DNA of 64,000 nucleotides, taken from assembly GCA_964388035.1 (NCBI GenBank), contig CAYLZE010000006.1, positions 32,001 to 96,000 of the forward strand. Reading direction: 5' to 3'. A program made the translations under genes and the position numbers. The stretch's first letter is position 1. Each line of letters begins with the position of its first letter. This DNA comes from an uncultured archaeon (GTDB lineage: Archaea; Asgardarchaeota; Lokiarchaeia; Sigyniarchaeales; SOKP01). Shown one piece after another: positions 40,124-49,562 of this stretch. Below the pieces are notes generated by a model. That model did no database searches, had not been told where the DNA came from, and was given only the letters and a program-made list of their open reading frames with translations.

Positions 40124-42100
40124 TTAATCAGAAGCAAGATCTTCAAGAAATCCTGCATCAATTTTATTAAATTCTTCAGCATATGGGACGCCATACTTTT
40201 GACCGGTTTCGCCATACACGAACTTGACCAATAAATTAACTCTAATGGCGTTAGGAACGTCTTCTTCTAGTAATTCAATATATAAATGATTCGCCCGAGC
40301 TAAAAGCTTATTCTGGAAGAACCAATTTTTCATGACTTCTTTCTGTTGCGTGATGGCTTTTATCTTTTCATCTACAAAATCAGTAATATCCACGTGAAAA
40401 TTAGCAATTGTCGGATTTCGAGCAAAAAGATAGCGCTCTCCTACGGTATGAATTTCCAATCCTTCCTCAAGATGTTCGGGATAATATAAGGCAAAAGAAC
40501 TTTGCCAACACGCTTCATTTACGGCCTGTGCCGTTACGATATGATCCATGTTCTCTTCATCTGTTCCGTTCAAATCAAATGAAACGATTACGTCCGGTTT
40601 ATATTTTCTTATTAAATAGATCAACTTGCCTCGTAATTCAAGATAATCAACTCCAGCAAGAACATCAGTCGGGTAATCTAAATGAACGATTTCTCCGGCT
40701 CCAATTGATCGATATGCTTTTTCAACTTCCTTCCGATTCTTTTTTATTCCTTGCTCTTTGGTTAATCCGTAACAATCGCCGTAATCGTCCGTTATTCGCA
40801 CGCAGATTAATTTATTGCCCTCACTCGTAAGCTTTTTGAGGGTTCCTCCTGCCCAAATGGTAAGATCATCTGCGTGGGGACCAATTCCCATAATAGTTTT
40901 ATAATAAAATATTTCTCGCACGGCATTACGAATCGTTTTGGCAATTTCTAATCCAACCGCTTCCGTTTCATGCCCAATGAACTTGCCGTTCTCTATATCA
41001 TCAACCCACACTTGCGGTTTCAAGCGATATTGTTCAATGGGAATTAAATAACCAATGGAATCATTTGCATTGCAAATGAATAGAATATCTTTTTCGGCGT
41101 TTTCCTTTAGCGTCTTGGTAAATAATCCGGGAAATGCCTCTCCCGGTAAATAAACAAGATGCAAATTCCCGATCCGAACTTTACTGACCGTGGTCTTGGC
41201 TGCTCCATTTATTAGTTCTCGTTCAAATATCCCCAAAGTAAATAATAGTAAAAAGTCAGAATTCTCTAATTTAGCTTCTATTCTACGGTGTCTAATTTCT
41301 ATTGGTTCTATATCTAATTTATTAGCCGTGGGGAAAATTTTTTGTAATTCAGTAAAAACTTCCTTGGCAAAAAGTTCCATCTTCTCAAATCCTTGCTCAC
41401 AATAGATGGGGGCTTGTCCACCGCAAATTCCCAATCCAAATAATGCTATCCCACCATATTCTTCTTCAAGTTTCGTGCATACTATTCCCGGATAATCACC
41501 GGATATGGCAAGATTCTCCCGAGTTGTTATTTCCGGTTGAGCACTAAAGGTCCATAGGCAAGAGACAAGTTCTTTTCCTGCCATGAACTTTAATAGATTT
41601 AAATCTCCCGTAACCACCTTTTCATCTCTATAATTCTCTACAAGACGTACTAAAGAGGATTTTGCACGAGACATCTCTACCTCCTTCATGTTTTCTTCCG
41701 CCTCGAGAATTGCATTGACAATCGTATCAATCAAAAAGAATTGATATTTCCAGTTGATGCCACTCTTGCCAATTATACCACCCCAGAGCCCCATAGTATC
41801 CGGTCCACCATGCGTGTGAGTCGAGAAAATGTAAATTTGCCGCTCCGTGTAACCGTGGGCTCTCAATCTATCTCTCACTCTATCGATAAAGTCCGCTAAT
41901 AATCCTATACATTCTACGGAAACTAATGCGATTTTAGTCTCATCATCAGAAAGTACCATTGCTCGCGCATGAATGGAATCGTGAACGGATTTGAATTTCG
42001 GAGCCATCATGGTTAAGTATCCCGCTACTTGTATATCTCCTACTTGGTTAAAGTTAGGAGTAATATCTTTTTTAGAAACTCCACATTTTAATATGGCCAT
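40124..42100 (-). CDS. Fusion of a neutral-ceramidase-like hydrolase and a PIG-L/LmbE deacetylase
   Basis: N-half: VHDSIHARAMVL, STHTHGGPD, ISGDYPG, LPGEAF, NDSIGY; C-half: GPHADD, KPDVIVSFD, NMDH. Confidence 0.85.
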   Translation of the reverse strand: MAILKCGVSKKDITPNFNQVGDIQVAGYLTMMAPKFKSVHDSIHARAMVLSDDETKIALVSVECIGLLADFIDRVRDRLRAHGYTERQIYIFSTHTHGGPDTMGLWGGIIGKSGINWKYQFFLIDTIVNAILEAEENMKEVEMSRAKSSLVRLVENYRDEKVVTGDLNLLKFMAGKELVSCLWTFSAQPEITTRENLAISGDYPGIVCTKLEEEYGGIALFGLGICGGQAPIYCEQGFEKMELFAKEVFTELQKIFPTANKLDIEPIEIRHRRIEAKLENSDFLLLFTLGIFERELINGAAKTTVSKVRIGNLHLVYLPGEAFPGLFTKTLKENAEKDILFICNANDSIGYLIPIEQYRLKPQVWVDDIENGKFIGHETEAVGLEIAKTIRNAVREIFYYKTIMGIGPHADDLTIWAGGTLKKLTSEGNKLICVRITDDYGDCYGLTKEQGIKKNRKEVEKAYRSIGAGEIVHLDYPTDVLAGVDYLELRGKLIYLIRKYKPDVIVSFDLNGTDEENMDHIVTAQAVNEACWQSSFALYYPEHLEEGLEIHTVGERYLFARNPTIANFHVDITDFVDEKIKAITQQKEVMKNWFFQNKLLARANHLYIELLEEDVPNAIRVNLLVKFVYGETGQKYGVPYAEEFNKIDAGFLEDLASD

Positions 42101-42322
42101 GATTCCTTTTACTCCAATTTGTTGAATGTTAATTATAAATCAAATCAATATTATAATTAATTTAATTCATACCCTATAATAAAGTATAGGTTCAACAATA
42201 ATATATAATTCGAAAAATGAAATGTTGCTCCTGAATGAAAGGAAAATTATTTAAATCTTTAAAACGAAATTAATTACACATCTGAATATATTTAGAATTA
42301 TATTAGGAAGGTATTAAAAAAT

Positions 42323-43717
42323 ATGAATGAAGAGCAAAAAAAATATAATTATCCCCTATTTACGTATGTAAGCTACGGATTGGCGGGTTTTGTAGATAAC
42401 TTTTTCACGGCATCCTTCACTGTCCGTGTCATTGATTTTTATGAAAATGAGTTGCTTCTGGGTATCTTTTGGGTCGGTCTGGCCTTCGGAATCTATGGTT
42501 TCTGGAACATGGTCAATGATCCCATTCTAGGCTGGATCTCAGATAAAAAGTTCAAGTTTACGAAGCGTTTTGGTCGACGATATCCTTTTTTTCTCATTGG
42601 AGCCCTATCTTTTGTATGGGTGTATTTGTTTATTTTTACGGTGCCCTTCACGGACCAGATTGGCATGTTTATCTGGTTATTGGTGACCATTTGTGTCTTT
42701 GAGCTCCTTTATTCTCTTTTTATTGTGAATTATTTAGCGCTCTTTCCCGATAAATTCCGCAGCGCGCATGAAAGGACCAGAACTGGGGCTCAAAATACCA
42801 TGTGGGGAGTTGTCGGCATCGCAATGGGGGTTTTAATCCCTCCCTTGATCATTATCTATGGCGATCTTATTTCCTATATTGTAGCCGCATTAGTTGTATC
42901 AATTATAGGTTTTGGTGTAGCTCTGACTTCAATACCTGGAATGAAAGAAGACAGGGAATTGATTGATAGACAACTAAAAATTGTAGAAGAACAAAAAGAA
43001 AAAGCCTCCTTTATTTCAACTCTCCAATATGGATTAAAGAGTAGGAATTACGTGGCGTATATTTTGATTAGCTTGGGACATGGAGTCTTGACTGTAATGA
43101 TGCTCTCTTCTCTTCCCTATTGGAATAAATATATTATCGGTTCTGACGATCCCCAGCTGGAAACAGTGCTTGCTGCAGGATTTCTCGTGGCGGTTCTTGC
43201 TTCGATACCGGTATGGACCTATATAGGACGTAAATTGGGAAATAAAAAAGCAATCACCTGTGGAACCTTAATCACTACGATATTATTCGTGTTATTATTT
43301 TTTACTAGTAGTTTGATAGGAAGCACGATTTTCATTGCTTTAATTGGAGTTGGCATCGGTTGCTTTTGGGTCCTCATGTATCCAAGCATGTCAGACGTCT
43401 ATGATGAACTCATCCTAAAAACGGGAAAGAGAGAAGAAGGAGTATTAACTGGGATCACAATCTTCTTTTTAAGATTATCTATTATAATTCAAGCCGTTTC
43501 ATTTGCCGTGATCCATCCTCTTACCGGTTATGTTGCTGGACTTCCTCCTGGACCAACTTCTCAGACACCTCTTGCACAGTTTGGAATTCGTTTTCTCATG
43601 GCAGGCATTCCCATGATTTTCTATTTTATTGCATTTCTCTCAATATGGAGGATATATAATTTAAATAAAGACCGCGTGCGAGAAAACACAAATTTACTAA
43701 AACAAAGGCATCTATGA
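42323..43717 (+). CDS. MFS glycoside-pentoside-hexuronide (MelB-like) symporter
   Basis: WNMVNDPILGWISD, RFGRRYP, DVYDE..KTGKREEG. Confidence 0.92.
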   Translation: MNEEQKKYNYPLFTYVSYGLAGFVDNFFTASFTVRVIDFYENELLLGIFWVGLAFGIYGFWNMVNDPILGWISDKKFKFTKRFGRRYPFFLIGALSFVWVYLFIFTVPFTDQIGMFIWLLVTICVFELLYSLFIVNYLALFPDKFRSAHERTRTGAQNTMWGVVGIAMGVLIPPLIIIYGDLISYIVAALVVSIIGFGVALTSIPGMKEDRELIDRQLKIVEEQKEKASFISTLQYGLKSRNYVAYILISLGHGVLTVMMLSSLPYWNKYIIGSDDPQLETVLAAGFLVAVLASIPVWTYIGRKLGNKKAITCGTLITTILFVLLFFTSSLIGSTIFIALIGVGIGCFWVLMYPSMSDVYDELILKTGKREEGVLTGITIFFLRLSIIIQAVSFAVIHPLTGYVAGLPPGPTSQTPLAQFGIRFLMAGIPMIFYFIAFLSIWRIYNLNKDRVRENTNLLKQRHL

Positions 43718-44070
43718 ACCAATTTTACTTCTTTTTTTTTAACTATTGGAAAAAAGTTAGATTTAATTGCTTTATTTTTTCTTCAAGAAAAATATAGTTA
43801 AAATCTTCCTTTAGGTTGACAACTTTCTTTGTATAGTTCTTTTTATTGAATTTGTAACAAAAATGGATTTTAAACCGATTAATTAATATCATGTTTAATT
43901 CTTTTTGCCTTAAACATGTAGAATATTATTTTTTAATGCTTTTTGACCATGAATTCCTTGCATTCATTACTTGCCCAAGACAATAGGAATAGCGGGGGTA
44001 TCAAATAATTAACCAGCATTCCCTACAAGTTAAAAAGCTCCTATCAAAGATCAAAATTTTGAGAATTTTC

Positions 44071-44637
44071 TCATTCACTTAAATCTTTGCCGCTTTGATA
44101 GGAAATATCGAATACTTTATTCTGTAAATCTACATCGGCAAAAGCACTTTTTATGGTTGTCACTAAATCCGTTCTAAATTCTTCAAACCCCAACCCCTTA
44201 ACAGCAGAAATTTCAAAATAATTCATTTTATAGTCCGAAGCTATTTTTATTGCCTCCTCCTTATTTACAACACGTGGTGTATCATCAATCTTATTTCCTA
44301 TTAAATAGGTCTTTATTAGATTATCCTGCTTTATCAACGGAATCCATTCCTCAATGTTCAAAAAAGAAGGGAATCTTAAAACAGAAAATACCAAAATTAC
44401 AACATGAGCGCTCTCGAAAAAGCATTCTTGGAAAGTTCTGAATTGGTCTTGCCCCCCAAGATCCCAGAGCTGTATTCTTATCAAGTCTTCGGCAATTTCA
44501 AGGTGATGAAAATCTATTCCGGGGGTCATTTTTCGATCTTCATTTAGTTTTAACGTGCCAGCGAGCGCTTGAGCGATGGTAGTTTTCCCGACACCTCCCA
44601 ATCCACAGAGGACAATTTTGCAGTTCTTATATGGCAT
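44071..44637 (-). CDS. Ras/Rab-like small GTPase
   Basis: G1 GLGGVGKT, G2 TPGIDF, G3 WDLGGQ, G4 NKID, G5 EISA. Confidence 0.93.
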   Translation of the reverse strand: MPYKNCKIVLCGLGGVGKTTIAQALAGTLKLNEDRKMTPGIDFHHLEIAEDLIRIQLWDLGGQDQFRTFQECFFESAHVVILVFSVLRFPSFLNIEEWIPLIKQDNLIKTYLIGNKIDDTPRVVNKEEAIKIASDYKMNYFEISAVKGLGFEEFRTDLVTTIKSAFADVDLQNKVFDISYQSGKDLSE

Positions 44638-45379
44638 GGTTCTAATCCATCTTTCTATATCTTTTAAATGAAAAATTGAGAAATATACCAGTACTCCCTT
44701 CCAATTTGTTAGAAAGGGTATTCTGATGTTTATTACTACATTTTAATTTCCCTAATATATTTCACGAAAGGTTTCTTTCACGAACTATAATTAAAAATTC
44801 CTTAATTTAAATTGAAACATAGAAATATTTAAAAATTTATGATTTTAAGGAGTAAAAAAAAAGTACGTTATACAAAGACGTCAAAAAATAACATGTCGTA
44901 TAAATTAAGGGACGCAAAACATGCGACAAAATTTCATCATTAGAAGAGTGCTTTTATAAGTTAAAACTTAGATCAATTATTCTATTAAGAACTTATACTT
45001 CCATTTTCTCGATGCTCTAAAATAAGTTACTATAAATACTAACTGCATTAGCGCATCATTTTAATTCATCTTGCGATGATTTAACTAAGCCCTTTTAAAT
45101 TTCGCTGAAAATAATGGTTTCTTTTCTAATAGATGGCATTCCAAAAGCATTTTACTATTTTTTTGGGAATAGAACCCAAATATTTGAGCTGTTTTTATAT
45201 TTACTTTTTAATATTTGATTATACTTCTTAATATTTAATATAGAATATAGAGAGTATTTTGAAAAGATCGGAAAAATTGATCCCATTCATATAGGAAAGA
45301 ATTAAATTTTTTTAAAGGGTTAAGTCTTATTGCTTTACTTTAATGTAATATTCAAAAAATAATTTCTATCAAAATCATC

Positions 45380-45901
45380 ATGCTAGAACAACAGATTAAA
45401 ACGAAAACATGTAAAATACTATTGGGTGGAGATGGGTTTGTCGGGAAAACTACCATGTGTAAGAGATTAGAAGGAAATTTAAATTCAAGAAAACCAACTC
45501 ATTTTACATGCGGGATTGATTTACATCACATGAAAGTCTTGAACGAAGGATTAACATGCGCGACGCTCTATGACCTGGGAGGGCAAGAGCGCTTTCGGAT
45601 CTTTCAAAAAACATTTTTTACAAATGCAGAGATCATTATTTTGGTTTTTTCTTTCGATCTTTATATTTCCTTTTCAAATCTCGATGAATGGCTCTCATTT
45701 ATTAGCAATTCTAATTCAAAAGAGATTTTCCTTGTAGGAAATAAATTAGATGTTTCAGAGAAATGTATTGAAACACGAGTGGCGCAAAAATTTGCAGAGG
45801 ATCATGGCATGAGATACTTTGAAACCTCTGCTCTAAAAGGCACTAATTTTGAGAGCTTTCGGAAAGCTCTTATTCAAACAATCATCAAGATTACCGAATA
45901 A
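45380..45901 (+). CDS. Ras/Rab-like small GTPase
   Basis: G1 GDGFVGKT, G2 TCGID, G3 DLGGQERFR, G4 NKLD, G5 ETSA. Confidence 0.93.
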   Translation: MLEQQIKTKTCKILLGGDGFVGKTTMCKRLEGNLNSRKPTHFTCGIDLHHMKVLNEGLTCATLYDLGGQERFRIFQKTFFTNAEIIILVFSFDLYISFSNLDEWLSFISNSNSKEIFLVGNKLDVSEKCIETRVAQKFAEDHGMRYFETSALKGTNFESFRKALIQTIIKITE

Positions 45902-46158
45902 AAATATGAATGCATTAATCTTGCTCCTTCTAGTTTCCTACTTACGAATATCAGAAAATGTACTCCTTTTTGAATGAAGCGAACGAATGATTAGAAATTT
46001 GTCAATTGGTGAGTGATTTTATGAATTATAAATAAACTTAATAATACTAATACAGAATATATCATCCCAGTTTTCTCTTTCCTCCCAAAATGGACTAAGA
46101 AAAATTTGATGTGAATTGTATCTCTAAATTGGAAAAGAACGAAAAAATAAAAAAATAC

Positions 46159-46470
46159 TTAAGCGCTTCTCTTCTTTTTTTTGATGTAAACTATTAAATA
46201 TAGCACGGATATCATTATAACAAGTGTCAAAACCACTCCGAGAATTCCGGCAACATACTCGCTTTGAATCCAACCTAAAATGGGTTTCCACGGGGAGCTC
46301 AACCCTTCCAGCCAAGATTCACCTTTTGAATCAATTACCACTCTCTCCAATCCATCCGGCTCTGAGGAAATGAGTCCAAGAGGCAAGCCAATGGCAATCA
46401 TTAACGTTAATACCACAATTGTAACAATAAGCGTGATGATGGGCCACTTATATCTGTTCAATGCACTCAT
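46159..46470 (-). CDS. PDGLE-domain Co/Ni ECF transporter accessory protein (CbiN/NikN-like)
   Basis: SSEPDGLERV between two TM helices; directly downstream of cbiM. Confidence 0.9.
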   Translation of the reverse strand: MSALNRYKWPIITLIVTIVVLTLMIAIGLPLGLISSEPDGLERVVIDSKGESWLEGLSSPWKPILGWIQSEYVAGILGVVLTLVIMISVLYLIVYIKKKKRSA

Positions 46471-46473
46471 TTA

Positions 46474-47193
46474 TCATACCACTCCTACTTGTTTTTCAGT
46501 CTTTATTATTTCTGGCTTCACTGGCTTTACTCCCAATTGTTTTTCAGTCATTATCAAATCTGGTTTCGCCTTATAAATATAAAAGATTATAAGACCGGTA
46601 ATGATTGCTTCTCCAATTCCAATTAGCATGTGCCAATATACCATGCTTGGAACAGCTACATTCATTGGAATGATGCCACCTAATCCAATCTCAACCCCAC
46701 AAGCGAAAGCGGCAAGAACGATAGCAATATAAGATCCGATGGCACTAGCTAGAGTAACCTTTAATGGCTTGCTTAATTTCGTCTTATTTAGTCCAACGAT
46801 AATCAGTTTCACGATATAAAATCCTAAAATCCCACAAATGATCCCCATATTGAAAGTATTCGCCCCTAAGGCAGTTATACCTCCATCGCCGAATAAACTC
46901 TGCACGACTAATACTAAAAATAGGACTATAACGGCTGCCCAGGGTCCTAAAATGATGGCTACCATGGTACCCCCTATCAAATGCCCCGAAGTTCCTCCCG
47001 GAACGGGATAATTAACAAATTGGAAAGCAAAAACAACTGCAGCTAGTACTCCAATATATGGAACCATTTTTTCGGAATCTTCTTTTTCAAACATCTTGCC
47101 GACTTTATAAAATCCCATTACAAGGACACTTATTGACACGATCCATAATACGATAAGTGTAGCGGGATCTAAAAGACCATCTGGTATGTGCGT
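46474..47193 (-). CDS. cbiM: Co/Ni ECF transporter substrate-binding component CbiM/NikM (apparent ACG start)
   Basis: Extends 18 codons beyond the ORF track to ACG-CAC-ATA-CCA-GAT-GGT = (M)HIPDG; GGTSGHLIG, FGDGGITALGAN, HMLIGIGEA. Confidence 0.93.
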   Translation of the reverse strand, partial: THIPDGLLDPATLIVLWIVSISVLVMGFYKVGKMFEKEDSEKMVPYIGVLAAVVFAFQFVNYPVPGGTSGHLIGGTMVAIILGPWAAVIVLFLVLVVQSLFGDGGITALGANTFNMGIICGILGFYIVKLIIVGLNKTKLSKPLKVTLASAIGSYIAIVLAAFACGVEIGLGGIIPMNVAVPSMVYWHMLIGIGEAIITGLIIFYIYKAKPDLIMTEKQLGVKPVKPEIIKTEKQVGVV

Positions 47194-47243
47194 TTTATAT
47201 CACCTTCACTACTTTTTAGTTTATTTATCTAAGTTCCCTAATA

Positions 47244-47325
47244 GTAATACTATTTTATTATTTAGTATTAAAAAATATAAATTATAAATCTTTAAAGAAT
47301 ATTACTATTTTATAAAATAGTATGA
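47244..47325. promoter_or_regulatory. Two palindromic operator copies (NikR-like candidate) between cbiM and cbiQ
   Basis: TAATACTA-N10-TAGTATTA at 47245-47270; perfect TACTATTTTATAAAATAGTA at 47303-47322. Confidence 0.65.
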
Positions 47326-47707
47326 AACCTAAGGTTAATCTTCTATTTAGTGATTATTTTAAAGAAAAAAGCCCATTTTATAATTAAAGATAATTAATAA
47401 CACTATATATTAAATAGGATGAAAAAGTTGGATTTAAAAATGTTATTTTCTCATGCTCCATCTCTCAATTTTAAAATCACCAACTTTCTGAATTAAAGAT
47501 TCGTTATTAAAAATAAAAAGTGAGTTGAAGATTATCGAGAGAATTGAAAAAATTAAGAGTAGGGGTTATTTTTATTTTATAATAAATCATTTTTATATAC
47601 TCCATGGTTTTTCATTCTTTGAAGTGTTCGGTGCAAAACAAACGTGACTATTATACATTTACTTCAATTTTTCAAATAGAATTAAAATTATCGTAATATT
47701 GACCAGA

Positions 47708-48514
47708 ATGGATACTACGTTACCTTTTCGGCATGAAAATGAATCTACCTTTTTAGCCTTCTTCCATCCCTTAACGCGGTTAATCTTACCCTTTATTTTT
47801 GTGGTACCCTTCTTATTCATGAAAGATACCTTTCTAATCATTACCTTAATCTTCATAACTTTTATCATTACCCTTTTAGTCCGCCTGAATCTAAAAAGGA
47901 TTTTTAGCAGAGTCGTAACGGTTTTGCCACTTATAATTCTTATCACCATCTTTCTTCCACTATATGAAGGAAGCACGGTCATTTACCAGATTCACCTAGG
48001 GATTACTATTAACATATATCAAGAAGGTGTAAGTTCAGCAATTCTTTTATTTCTTAGAATATTTGGGGCAATATTCATTTTCATGTCCTTTTTCTCATCC
48101 TTTACTTATTCCGAATTTATAGAAGCCCTAACTAAAGCACGGGTAATCCCCTCGATTTTTGTGGGTAGTCTCGTGATAATGCTACATTACATTCCCATTT
48201 TAGCCGAATCTAACAAGAAGATTTTGGAAGCTCAAGAGTTACGAGGCAAGAAAGTAATCACATACTGGGAAAATTTAAAGGCACATGCGTACATTATGGG
48301 AAAAAGCATTATAGTCAACATGGAACGTAGTGAACGCCTTTATGAAAGCTTGAAAATGCGCGGTTTTTCAGGAAAAATTACCTTTGCACCCAAGAAAATA
48401 AAAGTCTGGGATGTACTAATTATAGGGTTCTTTATTCTTTTAGTTAGCTTGTTCATCTATTATATTAACTTACAACAATTTTACATGGAGGTTTTCAAAT
48501 TATTCTTGCCGTAG
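47708..48514 (+). CDS. cbiQ: ECF transporter T component CbiQ
   Basis: HPLTR, AQELRG, ERSERLYESLKMRGF. Confidence 0.9.
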   Translation: MDTTLPFRHENESTFLAFFHPLTRLILPFIFVVPFLFMKDTFLIITLIFITFIITLLVRLNLKRIFSRVVTVLPLIILITIFLPLYEGSTVIYQIHLGITINIYQEGVSSAILLFLRIFGAIFIFMSFFSSFTYSEFIEALTKARVIPSIFVGSLVIMLHYIPILAESNKKILEAQELRGKKVITYWENLKAHAYIMGKSIIVNMERSERLYESLKMRGFSGKITFAPKKIKVWDVLIIGFFILLVSLFIYYINLQQFYMEVFKLFLP

Positions 48515-49257
48515 ACGTGGAAAATTTAAATTTTCAGTATGGATCTGGGTTTAGTCTCGAAAATATTAACCTTAACATCGAAAATGAATCCATATTTGCC
48601 CTTTTGGGAAATAATGGCGCGGGAAAATCTACCCTATTGCGGTTATTAGTCGGTTTATTAAAACCTAAATCCGGCACGATTAAAATATTTGGGACTCCCT
48701 TGACCCGAAATCGCCTTGATTTGTGGAAAATACGCCAACAAATTGGATTTTTGTTTCAAAACCCTGATGACCAACTTTTTGCTCCAACTATTGAAGAAGA
48801 TGTGGGATTCGGTGCCAGGAATTTGAAGCTTCCTGAAGAAGAAGTGCAAGAAAGAACCGAATGGGCTCTTAAAGCCGTTGATCTGCTGGGATATAAGAAT
48901 TTTTCTCCGTTTAACCTCTCATGGGGGCAAAAGAAAAGAGCCTCTTTAGCAGGCTTGCTGGTGCTCAAACCAAAACTTTTAATCTTGGATGAACCTTTTG
49001 CAAACTTAGATTTCAAGTCCATTTTGAATCACATCAAAATTATAGAAACCTTGCGAAAGCAGGAAAAAATGACCATTCTATTCACGACTCATAACCTCTT
49101 TTTTGCGGAAAAATGGGCGAAGGATTGCCTCATTTTAAAAGATGGGAGGACGTTTTACGAAGGAGATCCCCTAGAGGGGTTGGAAAAACCGGAAGTGAAG
49201 GAGTTACTGGGTTCTTATGAACAAATCGAGAGGATGTTCCAAAAATTTAAAAGTTAA
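48499..49257 (+). CDS. cbiO: ECF transporter ATPase CbiO (probable ATT start at 48499; GTG 48517 alternative)
   Basis: GNNGAGKST, FQNPDDQLFAPT, LSWGQKKR, LDEP; GGAGGT at 48487-48492. Confidence 0.9.
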   Translation: MILAVDVENLNFQYGSGFSLENINLNIENESIFALLGNNGAGKSTLLRLLVGLLKPKSGTIKIFGTPLTRNRLDLWKIRQQIGFLFQNPDDQLFAPTIEEDVGFGARNLKLPEEEVQERTEWALKAVDLLGYKNFSPFNLSWGQKKRASLAGLLVLKPKLLILDEPFANLDFKSILNHIKIIETLRKQEKMTILFTTHNLFFAEKWAKDCLILKDGRTFYEGDPLEGLEKPEVKELLGSYEQIERMFQKFKS

Positions 49258-49562
49258 AAAAACGGATTTCTTTTTTTGGTCTTAATTACGGATTCCCTTC
49301 CTTTTCCTCTAATTCTCGATATAAAACAAGGATTTGACCTTTTGAAAGAAAAGCTCCATGATTAGGCAAGAAGTAAATGTTCCTGGTTGGCTCGATTACT
49401 ATTTTTAAAATATTTGCTTACTGTATTTTTAACAGCCTCTTGCGTGCTACTTATCATTTAGAGGTACTCTAATGATATTTCCATACTTATAAATAGAATA
49501 AAATCAGATTATATTTTTAACTAATAATTTTGAAAAAGAATATATAAAATAAAGGACATGTA

